Shown here piece by piece: positions 16,697 through 30,335 of a DNA stretch of 64,000 nucleotides. Both the position numbers and the translations under genes were made by a program. Positions within the stretch are counted from its first letter, which is position 1; every line of letters begins with the position of its first letter. The notes beneath the pieces are model-generated. The model had not been told where the DNA came from. It ran no database searches and saw only the letters and a list, made by a program, of their open reading frames with translations. Source of the DNA: Rhodospirillales bacterium (GTDB taxonomy: Bacteria > Pseudomonadota > Alphaproteobacteria > ATCC43930 > CGMCC-115725); NCBI GenBank assembly GCA_028288725.1, contig JAQGIC010000101.1:1-64000 (forward strand), given 5' to 3'.

Positions 16697-17392
16697 TCAA
16701 GCGGGTTCGAGCGCTGCGGCAGCTCGGCGCACCTGTTCCAGGCGAACGCCCTGGATCCGGGCCGATAGCGCGCGCATCCGGGCGACGAGCTCGGGGCCGG
16801 CACGCTCCGGAGACCCGGTGCCGAACGGTGGTTGCGGGTCATATTCGAGGCCGAGCTCGATAGCTTCCGCCAATTTCCGCCCGGCCAGTTCGGCAATGAC
16901 CGCCAGACCGAAGTCGATCCCCGCGGTGACGCCGCCGCCGGTGATCAGCCGGCCGTCGGTCACGACCCGGGCCTCGACCGGAATGGCACCGAATTCGGCG
17001 AGCAGCCCGTGCGACATCCAGTGAGTCGTGGCGCGCTTGCCCTGGAGCAGCCCGGCGGCGCCCAGCACCAGCGCGCCGGTGCAGACCGACGTCACATAGC
17101 GGGCGCCCCAGGACTGGTGGCGGATGAAGGACAGCACCGTATCGTCGGTCAGCAGATCATTGATGCCGGGACCGCCCGGCACGCAGATCAGGTCGAGCGT
17201 CGGACAATGCTCGAAGGTATCGGTCGGGAGGATGGCGAGCCCCCGGTCGGACCGCACCGGCGCCAAATCCTTCCACACCAGATGGATCGCGGCACCGGGC
17301 AGCCGGCTCAGAACCTCGTAGGGGCCGGTCATATCGAGCTGGGTCAGGCCGGGGAACAGGATGAAGCCTATCCGAAAGAGAGGTGTTTCCAT
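16697..17392 (-). CDS. DJ-1/PfpI family protein
   Basis: IGFILFPGLTQLDMTGPYEVL, ICVPGGPG, VTSVCTGALVLGAAGLLQGKRATTHW (nucleophile-elbow Cys). Confidence 0.85.
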   Translation of the reverse strand: METPLFRIGFILFPGLTQLDMTGPYEVLSRLPGAAIHLVWKDLAPVRSDRGLAILPTDTFEHCPTLDLICVPGGPGINDLLTDDTVLSFIRHQSWGARYVTSVCTGALVLGAAGLLQGKRATTHWMSHGLLAEFGAIPVEARVVTDGRLITGGGVTAGIDFGLAVIAELAGRKLAEAIELGLEYDPQPPFGTGSPERAGPELVARMRALSARIQGVRLEQVRRAAAALEPA

Positions 17393-17502
17393 GGGCGCTC
17401 CCCTTTGCGCTAAGCGGCCTCCACGGCCGCCGGGCGATGTTGCGTTCTGCGTCCGTTGGCAGCAATGTCAAACTCCCCTCGATTTCCGCCAAGGACGCGA
17501 CC

Positions 17503-18471
17503 ATGCCCCGGAAGATCGTCGTCCTCGCCGTCGAGAACGCCCAGCTGCTCGACGTGACCGGGCCGTTCCAATGTTTTGCGAGTGCCAACGACGTGACCGA
17601 GGCGCGCGATCGGCTGCCCTACGACCCGATCATCGTCTCGCCCCTGGGCGGCCTGCTGAAGACCCAGAGCGGCCTGGCGATCATGACGCGATCGCTCGCC
17701 GAACTGGCGCACGAGGAGATCGATACGCTGATCGTCGCCGGCGGCCTCGGCACGCGGCGCGCCATCCAGGATGCGGTCCTGATCCAGGCGATCCGGGACT
17801 GGTCCGGGCGGGTGCGCCGGCTCGCCTCCGTCTGTACCGGCGCCTATCTGCTGGCGGCGGCCGGCCTGCTCGATGGCCGGCGCGTGGCGACCCATTGGGG
17901 GGCGGCGGAGGATCTTCAGCGCCGCTTTCCCCGGATCGCGGTCGAACCGGAGCCGATTTTCATCCGGGACGGCGCGATCTGGACGTCGGCCGGCGTGACC
18001 GCCGGCATCGATCTGTCGCTGGCGCTGATCCAGGACGATCTCGGGCATGATCACGCCATGCGGATCGCGCGGCAGCTGGTCGTCTTCCTGAAACGGCCGG
18101 GCGGCCAGGCCCAGTTCAGCGCCACGCTCGAGGAGCAGGCCGCGACCGATCAGGATTTTGCGGGCCTGCATGCCTGGGTGCGCGAGCATCTGGCGGACGA
18201 GTTGAAAGTGGAACGGCTGGCCGAACAAGCCGGCATGTCGGCCCGAACCTTTGCCAGGGCTTATGCGGCCAAGGCAGGCCGCACGCCGGCCCGCATGGTC
18301 GAGGCGATGCGGATCGAAAGCGCGCGCCGGTTGCTGGAGGCGACCGGACGGCCGCTGAAGCAGATCGCGCGGGATTGCGGCTTCGGCGACGAGGAGCGCA
18401 TGCGGCGGGCGTTCCAGCGCCGGCTTGGCGTCTGTCCGCTCGACTACCGCATGCGCTTCGCGGCCGAATGA
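17503..18471 (+). CDS. GlxA-family AraC transcriptional regulator (DJ-1-like domain + HTH)
   Basis: MPRKIVVLAVENAQLLDVTGP, ASVCTGAYLLAAAGLLDGRRVATHW. C-terminal AraC HTH LAEQAGMSARTFARAYAAKAGRTPARMVEAMRIESARRLLE. ATG at 17503 chosen over the longer ORF. Confidence 0.85.
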   Translation: MPRKIVVLAVENAQLLDVTGPFQCFASANDVTEARDRLPYDPIIVSPLGGLLKTQSGLAIMTRSLAELAHEEIDTLIVAGGLGTRRAIQDAVLIQAIRDWSGRVRRLASVCTGAYLLAAAGLLDGRRVATHWGAAEDLQRRFPRIAVEPEPIFIRDGAIWTSAGVTAGIDLSLALIQDDLGHDHAMRIARQLVVFLKRPGGQAQFSATLEEQAATDQDFAGLHAWVREHLADELKVERLAEQAGMSARTFARAYAAKAGRTPARMVEAMRIESARRLLEATGRPLKQIARDCGFGDEERMRRAFQRRLGVCPLDYRMRFAAE

Positions 18472-19496
18472 CCGACCATTCGGCCCTGGCGCCAGGCGGC
18501 CAGCAGAGCGGCCTCGCGTTCCAGGCTGAGGCCGGTCCGCCAGTTGCGTGCCGGATCGCGCGTGCCCAGCCAATCCGCCGTGTCGCGGAAGGTCTCGGCC
18601 AACGGGCGGAATCTCAGGCCGGCGGAGATCGCGCGCCGACTGTCGATCGAGAACAGCCCGGCCAGGATCTTTTCCCGCGACGGCAGCCATAGGGGCAAGG
18701 TTTCGACCGGCATGCCCCGATCGATATCCATGCCCTGGCTCAGCAGGAAATCATCGTCGACCCAATGCAGATCGGCATCGGCGTCGAGCGCGTGGCATCC
18801 GGTCTTCAGCAACCCGGCCATGGTGATCGGCGCCGCCGGCCCGGTCGCGTTATAGATGCCGGTCGCCTGGGATTCGGCCATTGCCACCATCCATTGCGCC
18901 AGATCGCGCCCGTCGATCACCTGGATCGGCGCGCGCTGTCGTCCTGGTGCCAGCACCGCGCCGCCATGGGAAAGACGCCAGGGCCAGTAGCTGAACCGGT
19001 CGGACGGGTCGTGCGGGCCGACGATGAGGCCCGGACGGACGATCAACGTCCGCCCCGGCAGGATGCCGTCGACCGCGGTCTCGGCCCGCGCCTTCAACGG
19101 GCCATAGGTTGCCGGACGGATCTCCTCGGTTGCCGGATCTTCCAGCCGGGTGGCGATCGGATGCGTTTCGTCCAGGCCGTGGGTGAGGGGCGCCGAATAG
19201 ACCGAGATCGACGAGACGAAGGTGTAATGGCCCACTGCACCTTCGAGCGTGAGGGCGGTGCGGCGCACCAGCCGGGGGACGTAGCCCGAGGTATCGATCA
19301 CCGCATCCCAATGCCGGCCGGCGAGGGCGCGCAGATCGCCGGCCCGGTCGCCGACCAGATGTTCGATCCGCGGGAACAGCTCCGGATTGGTCATGCCGCG
19401 GGTGAACAGCGTGACGCAATGGTGCCGTGCCACGGCGGCTTCGACGAGATGGCGGCCCAGAAATTGGGTGCCGCCGAGGATAAGCAGGCGAAACAT
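18444..19496 (-). CDS. NAD-dependent epimerase/dehydratase family (extended SDR)
   Basis: MFRLLILGGTQFLGRHLV Rossmann start at ATG 19496. About 350 aa, with the 3' end overlapping the convergent AraC gene by 28 nt. Confidence 0.7.
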   Translation of the reverse strand: MFRLLILGGTQFLGRHLVEAAVARHHCVTLFTRGMTNPELFPRIEHLVGDRAGDLRALAGRHWDAVIDTSGYVPRLVRRTALTLEGAVGHYTFVSSISVYSAPLTHGLDETHPIATRLEDPATEEIRPATYGPLKARAETAVDGILPGRTLIVRPGLIVGPHDPSDRFSYWPWRLSHGGAVLAPGRQRAPIQVIDGRDLAQWMVAMAESQATGIYNATGPAAPITMAGLLKTGCHALDADADLHWVDDDFLLSQGMDIDRGMPVETLPLWLPSREKILAGLFSIDSRRAISAGLRFRPLAETFRDTADWLGTRDPARNWRTGLSLEREAALLAAWRQGRMVGHSAAKRMR

Positions 19497-19688
19497 CGGG
19501 TTGTACACCCCGCTTTTCCCGATGGGGGACGAGCCATCCCATCTTCGCGGGGCCATCGCTCGGGCGCCGCCGACGAAACCTTCGAGACCCTAGCCTAGAG
19601 GGATGGTCGCCAATTGGAAAGGCCGGGCGCACCTTTGGCAGGATTCGCTTAACCAGGAAGCGCCTAGACTGCGCCCTTTACCCCCAGC

Positions 19689-22991
<3,303 letters not shown>

Positions 22992-22993
22992 AG

Positions 22994-23023
22994 CATGGTT
23001 CGATTACCCGCAATCGAACCATG
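22994..23023 (+). terminator. Stem-loop immediately after the kinase stop codon
   Basis: Perfect 12-bp inverted repeat CATGGTTCGATT (22994-23005) / AATCGAACCATG (23012-23023) with a 6-nt loop. No U-tract follows. Confidence 0.45.
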
Positions 23024-23303
23024 GTCACTTCGGCCCTTGTCGTTCGAATGAGTCCGTTCGAGCGGAGAGGGTGCCGCATCCAAGACTCAATCAGCTTTTC
23101 GAGCAATGACCGCTTCGCGCCCATTCCGTACTGCGCGACCGCGGCTGGATGACGAACCATGGGTCGTTCCGGCGCCTATTCGCCGCGGACGGCATCAGCT
23201 TTAAAAATCCGCGCCCTGCCGCTCTATGTCTGTTCTGAGACGAGGCGTAGGCATGGATGGCAAGGTCACGGCGGTGCTACCTTTCCGGGCGAAGACCACA
23301 GAC

Positions 23304-23353
23304 GGCTCGACCCGGCGCACCGATGCGTGGCGGTGCAATGAAGGGTCGAGCCG
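23304..23353 (-). terminator. Nested stem-loop downstream of the SGNH hydrolase gene
   Basis: Outer 10-bp arms GGCTCGACCC / GGGTCGAGCC enclose an inner GCACC...GGTGC pair. Lies 15 nt after the stop at 23368; no U-tract. Confidence 0.4.
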
Positions 23354-23367
23354 TCCATCCGGCCACG

Positions 23368-24756
23368 CTACTGCTGGACCAGTTCCAGCACCGCTTGCGC
23401 CGCGACGAGGCCCATCGCCTGGTAGCCAAAGCGATTGGGGTGCAGATAGTCGCCTGCTGAACCCTCGCTGTTGGGCACGAACGGCGCCTTGAGGGTGCCG
23501 GTGGTCGGCTCGATCGTCGCGGTCGAGAAGTCCGCCGTTTCGTCGAAGATCCCACTCGATAGGATGAAGCTATTGAGTTTCCGACGATAGGCGTCGGTCT
23601 TGAAGCTGCCGTAACGGTCCGCGACCGTGGCGCCGGCGGCGGCAAGAAGCGGGCTGTTTGCCGGCGGCACGCCGCCGGGCACCAGGCTGGACGTGACGGT
23701 AGCGCCGACGACGGCGATACCGTTCGCATGCAGACGGCTGACAACTTGCTTGTAACCGGCGATCACCGGATCGGGCGTCGTGCCGAGGCCGCCCAGATCA
23801 TTGATGCCCTCCAGCCAGACGACAGCATTGACACCCGATATGCTAAGCACGTCGCGCCCAAGGCGAACCACGGCGGACTGCCCGGCGAGCATTCCCGAGA
23901 CCGCATTGCCGCCGATCGCCTCGTTGACGACGCTCACGTGCCCGCCAAGGCGGCCGTGCAGCTTGCGGGACATGACATTCTCCCAGCGGTCGTTGCCGTT
24001 GAGCGTGCTGAACGTCCCGTCGGTGATGGAATCGCCGTAGGCGACGATGACCAGCGTGCCACGCGGCGCAAGTACGTCGAGCTCGCTGAGGAAGAAGAAC
24101 GATGTCGTGCTGTACGGAAACGCCGTATCGTCCTCCTGCATCGTGACGTTGCCGGAACCCTGCGGACTGATATAGTTCGTGGTAAACGCGCTGGCATGAT
24201 AACTGGCGGGTCCGCTTGAACCGCTGACCACGAAGCTGACAGCCAGATTGCGTCCCGTGAGCGCCGTTGTTCCGAACCGCTCGACGAACTCCAGTTCGAC
24301 CGCATCGCTGAATACCTCGTCGCCCGCGGCAACGAGCACGGATGAGGCGCCCCCGTGGAACGTCACCGGCGTGTTCGTGCCGTGAACCACATTGGCCTGA
24401 TAGTCCTGAAGTCCGACCGAGGCCGCGCCGAAGGTCACGGGCCGTGTGCCGAAGACGTTGGAGAGACGAATCCGAACCGTCGTCCCCCACAAGTCCGGCT
24501 TCACGATCATGCGAAACGTCTGGTTCGTCGCTCCTTTCACAGTCGCGTCCGGAAGGGCGAAAGACAGGTCTGGCTGCGGATCATAGGCTGGTACGCTGGC
24601 CGCCTGAGGAGTCTTCGGTGCGACGAAGGCTGCCTGGATCGATGTCGTCCAAGATGCTGCCCAGCGCGTTCCGGAATCCGCGGCAGAACTTCGTGAATTC
24701 ATGACTGCCAGGGTAATAAAGGCAGCAAAAATTATCAGAGATAGCTTCTTAAGCAT
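23368..24756 (-). CDS. Secreted SGNH/GDSL-family hydrolase with N-terminal beta-rich domain
   Basis: Signal peptide MLKKLSLIIFAAFITLAVMNSRSSAA. Block I VAYGDSITDG, block III VVWLEGINDL, block V DYLHPN. SD AAGGGAGA lies 7 nt before the ATG at 24756. Confidence 0.85.
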   Translation of the reverse strand: MLKKLSLIIFAAFITLAVMNSRSSAADSGTRWAASWTTSIQAAFVAPKTPQAASVPAYDPQPDLSFALPDATVKGATNQTFRMIVKPDLWGTTVRIRLSNVFGTRPVTFGAASVGLQDYQANVVHGTNTPVTFHGGASSVLVAAGDEVFSDAVELEFVERFGTTALTGRNLAVSFVVSGSSGPASYHASAFTTNYISPQGSGNVTMQEDDTAFPYSTTSFFFLSELDVLAPRGTLVIVAYGDSITDGTFSTLNGNDRWENVMSRKLHGRLGGHVSVVNEAIGGNAVSGMLAGQSAVVRLGRDVLSISGVNAVVWLEGINDLGGLGTTPDPVIAGYKQVVSRLHANGIAVVGATVTSSLVPGGVPPANSPLLAAAGATVADRYGSFKTDAYRRKLNSFILSSGIFDETADFSTATIEPTTGTLKAPFVPNSEGSAGDYLHPNRFGYQAMGLVAAQAVLELVQQ

Positions 24757-25373
24757 GGTCGTCTCCCTTAGGTTTTTTTGTGATCGAGCTGCGTATTTGG
24801 CGTGCCGGTCACGTCACCTAAAGAAATCCGATGATTTTATATTATCGAAACCGCAAGCTGACCGGCTACTTGAGCAAGGTACTATGCGACTTCTGGGGGT
24901 GACGACGCATCCTACAACATTCTCCATCGGGTGCATGGGATCTGATGCGGCGTTAACTATGGAAGTAGCAGAAATGCGCCATGGGCCGCAATTTTCTGCC
25001 GTCAGAAACGTAGAGCTCTCATAGAAATTGAACTCAGGGAAATCAATATTGTTTTCGCCGGAGCCGTCTTCCTGGGTGATCAGTACTTTTGATTTCGAGA
25101 GTAATGAGAAGTTTCATTGGCATCGCACTTGGCGCTGCGCAGGGACTTCGAGGGGAAACTGTCAAACGGTGCGGCGGATCGGTGTCGCAATCGCCCAAAT
25201 TCGCTCCGTCTTCCTGCGGCCCGCTCCTGGGGCCGCTGATGTTCATCCGGGGATCTCCGGGACCAGAGTTGGTGCTTCGCAACTCTCCAGCCTGTTGGTG
25301 CCGACCCGGATGAACAGCCTTCATAATTTCGACAGCTAGGTCATTCCATACAAATTGTATCAGACGAATACCA

Positions 25374-27068
25374 TCATGCAGCGCGAATATGATCCAGGAA
25401 GGCGTTGACCGCAGCCTCCAGTCGCTCTGCATTGCCGGAGAGTTCGCCGGCGGACACCAGCAGCTGTCGGGATGCGGCACCAGTCGCAGCCGTCCCCTGG
25501 CTGACTCCGGCGATGTTTGCCGACACTTCCGAGGTGCCCATTGCCGCCTCATGCGCGTTGCGGGTGATCTCGCGCGTCGCGACGCTCTGCTCCTCGGCCG
25601 CGGAGGCTACGGCCGTGGAGATGCCACTCATCTCCTGGACGACATCGACGACCGCGCGGATGGCGTCGACGGCGGACGCTGTCTCCTGCTGCATGGCCGA
25701 GATCTGCTTGGCGATGTCTTCCGTTGCCTTCGCCGTCTGGTTGGCGAGGCTCTTCACCTCATGGGCGACGACAGCGAAGCCCTTGCCGGCATCGCCTGCC
25801 CGAGCGGCCTCGATGGTCGCGTTAAGGGCAAGCAGGTTGGTTTGCGAAGCAATGTCACTGATCAGCTTGACGATGCCGCCGACGCTCCGCGCCGTCTCGG
25901 CGAGGCCCTCCACCGTGGTGTTGCTGCGCAACGCCTCCGTACTCGCACGACCGGCAAGCGTGGCCGATTGGGCGACCTGTCTGGAAACTTCCATGATGGA
26001 GGTGGACAGTTCCTCGGTCGCGGCCGCCACGGTCTGCACGTTCGACGCCGTCTGTTCGGCGCTTGAGGCGACCGCCGTCGATTGGTGGCTGGTCGCGTCC
26101 GCCGTGATCGACATCCGGTCGCTGGTGGCGTGAAGGTCCGCCGCCGCCGAAGCAACCGCACCGAGCAGGCTAGCGACCTGCTCCCTGAACGACGCGATGG
26201 CGGTCTCGATATTGTCCACGCGCCGCCGCTCGCGCTGGGTTTCTACGGCCTGCTGGTTCTCCATGTCGCGCTTGAGAACCGCCTCGGTCTTGAAGACGGC
26301 AAGGGACCGGGCGAGCGAGCCGACCTCGTCGCGGCGCTCCGTCTCCCCCACCTCGATGTCCAGGTCGCCCTTGGCCAGGCGCTCCATCAGCCCGGCCATT
26401 CGCGTCATCGGCCGGGCGATGCCGATCACGAGTGCCGTACCCACGCCAGCCGCCACCAGGAGGACCAGCCCGAGCCAGCCGAGAATCAGGCCGCGGGCGG
26501 AATGGTAGATATCGATGCCCTGCTGCGTCTGCTGGTTGCCGCCCTCGCGGTCGGCGGACTGCAGCGCGTCGAACGCCGCCCGGAATGCGGTGAACGCCTT
26601 TTCCATGTCGCCGGTCCAGAGCGTCATCGTCAGGGACACGTCGCTCCCGCTGGACTGCGCCAGTTCCATCATCTCGTTGCGCTTGGTCAGATAGGTCGCC
26701 CACGCTGCGTCGAGCGCACCGACCAGGTGGCGTTCCCTGTCGGAGGCGGCCAGCTTTGCGTATTCGCGCCGCGCGTCTTCATAGGCGGCGAGCGCCGCGC
26801 GCATGCGCTCCGTCACCTCCTTCAACTCATCGTCGCCGGTGCTGAGGACATAGCGACCGCCCAGTGTCTGCATCTCCTGCGCGGTCATGCCTATGCGGCC
26901 CAGCACCTCCAGGCTCGGCAGCCACTTGTCGCGCAGTTCGCTCGCGGCATCGTTCACGGCTCCCAGGCGCTGGGTGGCGAATATTCCGAGCCCGAGCACG
27001 ACGAGAACGACCAAGGCGAATGCCGCGCTGACCTTCGTGCGGATCGAGAGAGACTTTAGAGATTGCAT
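25374..27068 (-). CDS. Methyl-accepting chemotaxis protein
   Basis: Two TM helices flank a helical periplasmic domain, then HAMP. Highly conserved signalling hairpin [36 protein letters not shown]. Confidence 0.9.
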   Translation of the reverse strand: MQSLKSLSIRTKVSAAFALVVLVVLGLGIFATQRLGAVNDAASELRDKWLPSLEVLGRIGMTAQEMQTLGGRYVLSTGDDELKEVTERMRAALAAYEDARREYAKLAASDRERHLVGALDAAWATYLTKRNEMMELAQSSGSDVSLTMTLWTGDMEKAFTAFRAAFDALQSADREGGNQQTQQGIDIYHSARGLILGWLGLVLLVAAGVGTALVIGIARPMTRMAGLMERLAKGDLDIEVGETERRDEVGSLARSLAVFKTEAVLKRDMENQQAVETQRERRRVDNIETAIASFREQVASLLGAVASAAADLHATSDRMSITADATSHQSTAVASSAEQTASNVQTVAAATEELSTSIMEVSRQVAQSATLAGRASTEALRSNTTVEGLAETARSVGGIVKLISDIASQTNLLALNATIEAARAGDAGKGFAVVAHEVKSLANQTAKATEDIAKQISAMQQETASAVDAIRAVVDVVQEMSGISTAVASAAEEQSVATREITRNAHEAAMGTSEVSANIAGVSQGTAATGAASRQLLVSAGELSGNAERLEAAVNAFLDHIRAA

Positions 27069-27108
27069 GGTCTATCCATCGTGGCTGCCGGATCCGTGAC
27101 CGGACCGA

Positions 27109-27870
27109 TCAAAGAACTTGGCTGAGAAACGCCTTGGTGCGCTCGTGCCGCGGCGCACCGAAGATCTGCTCGGGCGGCCCGTCCTCCAGGATCACGCCTT
27201 GATCGGTGAAGTAGACGCGGTGGGCGACCTCCCGCGCGAAGCCCATTTCGTGAGTCACCAGGATGCAGGTCAGCCCCTCCTCGACCAGTTCGCGGATGGT
27301 GGCGAGCACCTCCCCGACGGTTTCCGGATCGAGCGCCGCCGTCACCTCATCGAAGAGAATGACGTTCGGGCGCATGGCGAGCGCTCGCGCGATGGCAACG
27401 CGCTGCTGCTGCCCGCCCGAAAGCTGGCTCGGATAGCTGTTCTCCTTCCCCGACAGCCGGACCTTGGCGAGCAGGGCGTGGGCCCGCGCCTCCACCTCCG
27501 CCCGGTCCTGCTTCAGCACATGGATTGGCGCCAGCGTCACGTTCTGCAGCACCGTCTTGTGGGGGTAGAGATTGTATTGCTGGAAGACGATCGAGACGTA
27601 CTTGCGCATGGCGATCTTGTCGCGATCGTGCCGGATGCGGCCGACGTCGAACGGACCGATCCGCACCGTTCCCTGGTCCGGCAGGACCAGGCCGTTCATG
27701 CAGCGCAGCAGGGTCGATTTGCCGGACCCGGATGGCCCGATCAGGCATACCGCCTCGCCCTGCCGCACATCCATGGAGATGCCGGCGAGGACCTTGTGGG
27801 CGCCAAAGCTCTTGTGGATGTCGTGCAGTTCGATCAACGGCTGGGCGGCCGGAAGCGGAATACCCATCAT
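27109..27870 (-). CDS. Polar amino-acid ABC transporter ATP-binding protein
   Basis: Walker [10 protein letters not shown], signature [15 protein letters not shown], Walker [12 protein letters not shown]. Start at MMGIPLP (27870). The N-terminal part of the 539-aa track ORF is an out-of-frame shadow of the permease gene. Confidence 0.9.
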   Translation of the reverse strand: MMGIPLPAAQPLIELHDIHKSFGAHKVLAGISMDVRQGEAVCLIGPSGSGKSTLLRCMNGLVLPDQGTVRIGPFDVGRIRHDRDKIAMRKYVSIVFQQYNLYPHKTVLQNVTLAPIHVLKQDRAEVEARAHALLAKVRLSGKENSYPSQLSGGQQQRVAIARALAMRPNVILFDEVTAALDPETVGEVLATIRELVEEGLTCILVTHEMGFAREVAHRVYFTDQGVILEDGPPEQIFGAPRHERTKAFLSQVL

Positions 27871-27899
27871 GGCGTCCTTGGAATTTTCTGGGGCTACGG

Positions 27900-28709
27900 T
27901 CAGGCGGAGCGTTGCTCGAGCCAGCGCGTGAAGCGGGCGATCGGATAGCAGTAGGCAAAGAACCAGATCAGCACATAGGTATAGATCGGCAGCAGCAGAT
28001 CGGTGCGCCCCTCGGCGCCATTGACCTTCGCCACCGTCGCCATGACCTCCTGCACGCCGACGATGGATGCCAGCACCGTTGTCATGGTCAGCATCGCATA
28101 CAGGTTCATCCACGGCGGCAGCATACGGCGCAAGCATTGCGGCAGGATGATCAGCCACATTGCCTGGCGGCGGCTGAAGGCGAAGGATTCGGCGCTCTCC
28201 CACTGCCCGGAGGAGATGGATTGCACGGCACCGCGCAGGATCTCCGCGAAATTGGCGGCAACGGGAAGCGACAGGCCGATAATGGCTTTCAACCAGTCGG
28301 GCAGCGGCACGGTGACGCCGGCAATTCTCACTTCGAACGGCACCAGAAACATTACAAAGAACAAAATGACCAGCCAGGGCGCATTGCGGAAGAACTGCGT
28401 CACCGTCCAGAAAACGCGGCGCAGCGGGGCGATGTCGGACAGTTGCCCTAAGCCCCAGAAGGCTCCGATCACGGTGCCAAGAGCCATGGCGCTGACGCTC
28501 AGCAGCATGTTCATCAGGAACCCCTGGAACAGCAGGGGCGTCCATTTCACCAGCAGCCACAGCGTGCTCGCCCGCGGCCCGCTGTCCGCCGACGCCATCA
28601 GCGTCGCCATGGTGGATGCGCCGAACACGCCCAGCAGGCCAAGGACGACCAGGGGCGAAAACAGCCTGTGAATGCCGGGCAGGCCGATCGGTCGGGTCGC
28701 GTCGCTCAT
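27900..28709 (-). CDS. Polar amino-acid ABC transporter permease
   Basis: Multiple TM helices and EAA-type loop [41 protein letters not shown] at 28709 forms an ATGA overlap with the upstream permease stop. Confidence 0.85.
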   Translation of the reverse strand: MSDATRPIGLPGIHRLFSPLVVLGLLGVFGASTMATLMASADSGPRASTLWLLVKWTPLLFQGFLMNMLLSVSAMALGTVIGAFWGLGQLSDIAPLRRVFWTVTQFFRNAPWLVILFFVMFLVPFEVRIAGVTVPLPDWLKAIIGLSLPVAANFAEILRGAVQSISSGQWESAESFAFSRRQAMWLIILPQCLRRMLPPWMNLYAMLTMTTVLASIVGVQEVMATVAKVNGAEGRTDLLLPIYTYVLIWFFAYCYPIARFTRWLEQRSA

Positions 28710-29467
28710 CGTGCGGCCCCCTGCCCACCGAAGCCTGGAATACGCAACTGCCGTTCGATCGTCCCCATGCCCGCCGTCAGCGCGCCGATCAGGAGCATGT
28801 AGACGGCCAACAGCACGATCATCATCTCCAGCACGTTCAGCCGATCGGCCCAGATCTGGGTGGAGATCGACAGAATTTCCGGAACGCCGATCGCATAGGC
28901 CAGCGTTGTGGATTTGATCAGGTTGACGGTGTTGTTGGTCAGCGCCGGCAAACTGGTGCGCAGCGCGAGCGGCAGGACCACCAGCGTGAAGGTCTGCCAA
29001 CGCGACATGGCGAACGCCTCGCAGGTCTCGATCGTCGTTTGCGGCACCGCGTCGATGCCGGCGCGCAGCGCCTCGGCGTTGAAGACGCCTTCATAGAGCG
29101 ACAGCGCGATCACCGCCCAGAGGTACGCTCCCAGAATCGGCTGGGCGAGCCCGGTGTGCGGGTCGACGGGGGACAGAAAGGGACTTAGCCCGAAATAGAA
29201 GAAATAGAGCTGAACAAGCGGTGGCGTGTTGCGGATGAACTCCACTAGTCCTATCGCGGCGCGCCGCACCGGCGCGACGCGTGAGCCTTGCAGCCACGCC
29301 ATCACCACGCCAACCACCAAACTTCCAAGAAGACAGGCCCCGGCGAGCTTGAGCGTCGTCAGCAGCCCGCCGAGCACGCTCGAACGGTCGAACGGGTCGT
29401 AGAAGACCGAGAAATTGATCCCGTATTGGTCATAGAGCCACCGGAACCAGTCCCACACTCCCTGCAT
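28706..29467 (-). CDS. Polar amino-acid ABC transporter permease
   Basis: [58 protein letters not shown], typical His/Glu/Gln/Arg/opine permease core. Confidence 0.85.
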   Translation of the reverse strand: MQGVWDWFRWLYDQYGINFSVFYDPFDRSSVLGGLLTTLKLAGACLLGSLVVGVVMAWLQGSRVAPVRRAAIGLVEFIRNTPPLVQLYFFYFGLSPFLSPVDPHTGLAQPILGAYLWAVIALSLYEGVFNAEALRAGIDAVPQTTIETCEAFAMSRWQTFTLVVLPLALRTSLPALTNNTVNLIKSTTLAYAIGVPEILSISTQIWADRLNVLEMMIVLLAVYMLLIGALTAGMGTIERQLRIPGFGGQGAAR

Positions 29468-29494
29468 CGAAGGCCTCCTTCTTGGCTGCGGCCA

Positions 29495-30304
29495 TCAATG
29501 GCCGGCAGAAGCGCGCTTGTTCTGCTCAGCGAGAAACTGCGATGCGGGCAACTTCCACTTCTTCTCCAGAGCGATGAGGAAGCCCGTCTTGTGCCAATCC
29601 GCGACGGCGCTGTTGAGGGCGTTCAGCATCTCCGTGTCGTCCTTGCGCGCACCCATGCCCCAAGGCTCGAAGTCCAGCTGCGGCAACGGCGCCTCATAGC
29701 TCTGCCACTCCGGGTCCTGCAGCAGTGCGCCGAAGGTCGTGATGTCGTCGAGGTAAGCGACGCAGTTGCCGGCCTTCAGTGCCGCGAGCGCCTCCACTGC
29801 GTTCTTCAGCGCCACCAGATGGATGCCGAATTCCTCGACCGCCCGGCGGTTGTAGATGTTGCCCTGATAGCCGCACACCGGCTTGCCGCGCAGGTCTTCC
29901 CAGGCTTTGAAGCCGTTGGATTTGCTGGTCAGCGCGTTGGCCGAGCCGCCGTAATAGGGCTCCGAGATCTCGATGATCTTCTTGCGTTCCGGCAGGATCA
30001 CCATGGTGGCGACGATCAGGTCGATCTTGCCCTGCTGCAGGAACTGGATGCGGTTGGCGCTGGTGACCGGTACGAATTCGACGGGCACACCCAGGCGCTT
30101 CCCAAGGTCGGCGACCAGATCCGGCTCCATGCCGATGATCGCGCCGGACGGGTCGGTGAAGCTAAAGGGGCGGTAGTCGGACTTGACGCCGACGATGATC
30201 TTGCCGCGCTCCTTCACGGTCGTCATCGTCTGCTGGGCCAACGCGGTGGTCCCGGACAGGGCGAGGCATGCCCCGGCGACCAGGGCACAAACGAACGTCT
30301 TCAT
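29495..30304 (-). CDS. ABC transporter substrate-binding protein, family 3 (polar amino acids)
   Basis: Signal peptide MKTFVCALVAGACLALSGTTALA; GVKSDYRPFSF; about 270 aa two-lobe SBP pattern. Confidence 0.85.
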   Translation of the reverse strand: MKTFVCALVAGACLALSGTTALAQQTMTTVKERGKIIVGVKSDYRPFSFTDPSGAIIGMEPDLVADLGKRLGVPVEFVPVTSANRIQFLQQGKIDLIVATMVILPERKKIIEISEPYYGGSANALTSKSNGFKAWEDLRGKPVCGYQGNIYNRRAVEEFGIHLVALKNAVEALAALKAGNCVAYLDDITTFGALLQDPEWQSYEAPLPQLDFEPWGMGARKDDTEMLNALNSAVADWHKTGFLIALEKKWKLPASQFLAEQNKRASAGH

Positions 30305-30335
30305 GGTGTCTATCTCCTGAAATTGCTTTGGATTT

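Noticed and set aside
22994-23060. GGTTCGATT / GTTCGAATG strings resembling tRNA T-loops.
   Set aside because: No acceptor, D or anticodon arms can be drawn around them. The first is simply one arm of the 12-bp terminator-like hairpin.
24701-25339. Two plus-strand ORFs (107 aa and 103 aa) in the AT-rich island as small genes.
   Set aside because: They have no Shine-Dalgarno sequence and no recognisable motif. Their composition is unlike the rest of the window, and the first overlaps the hydrolase start region. They are treated as non-coding pending transcript data.
27109-28728. 539-aa ORF suggesting a large fusion upstream of the ABC ATPase. The same pattern is seen in the 866-aa ORF 58000-60600 and the 585-aa ORF 37766-39523.
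   Set aside because: In each case the N-terminal extension is an out-of-frame shadow of, or runs into, the neighbouring gene and has no motif. Internal ATGs with ATGA coupling or a sensible N-terminus (27870, 58782, 39265) give normal-length family members.
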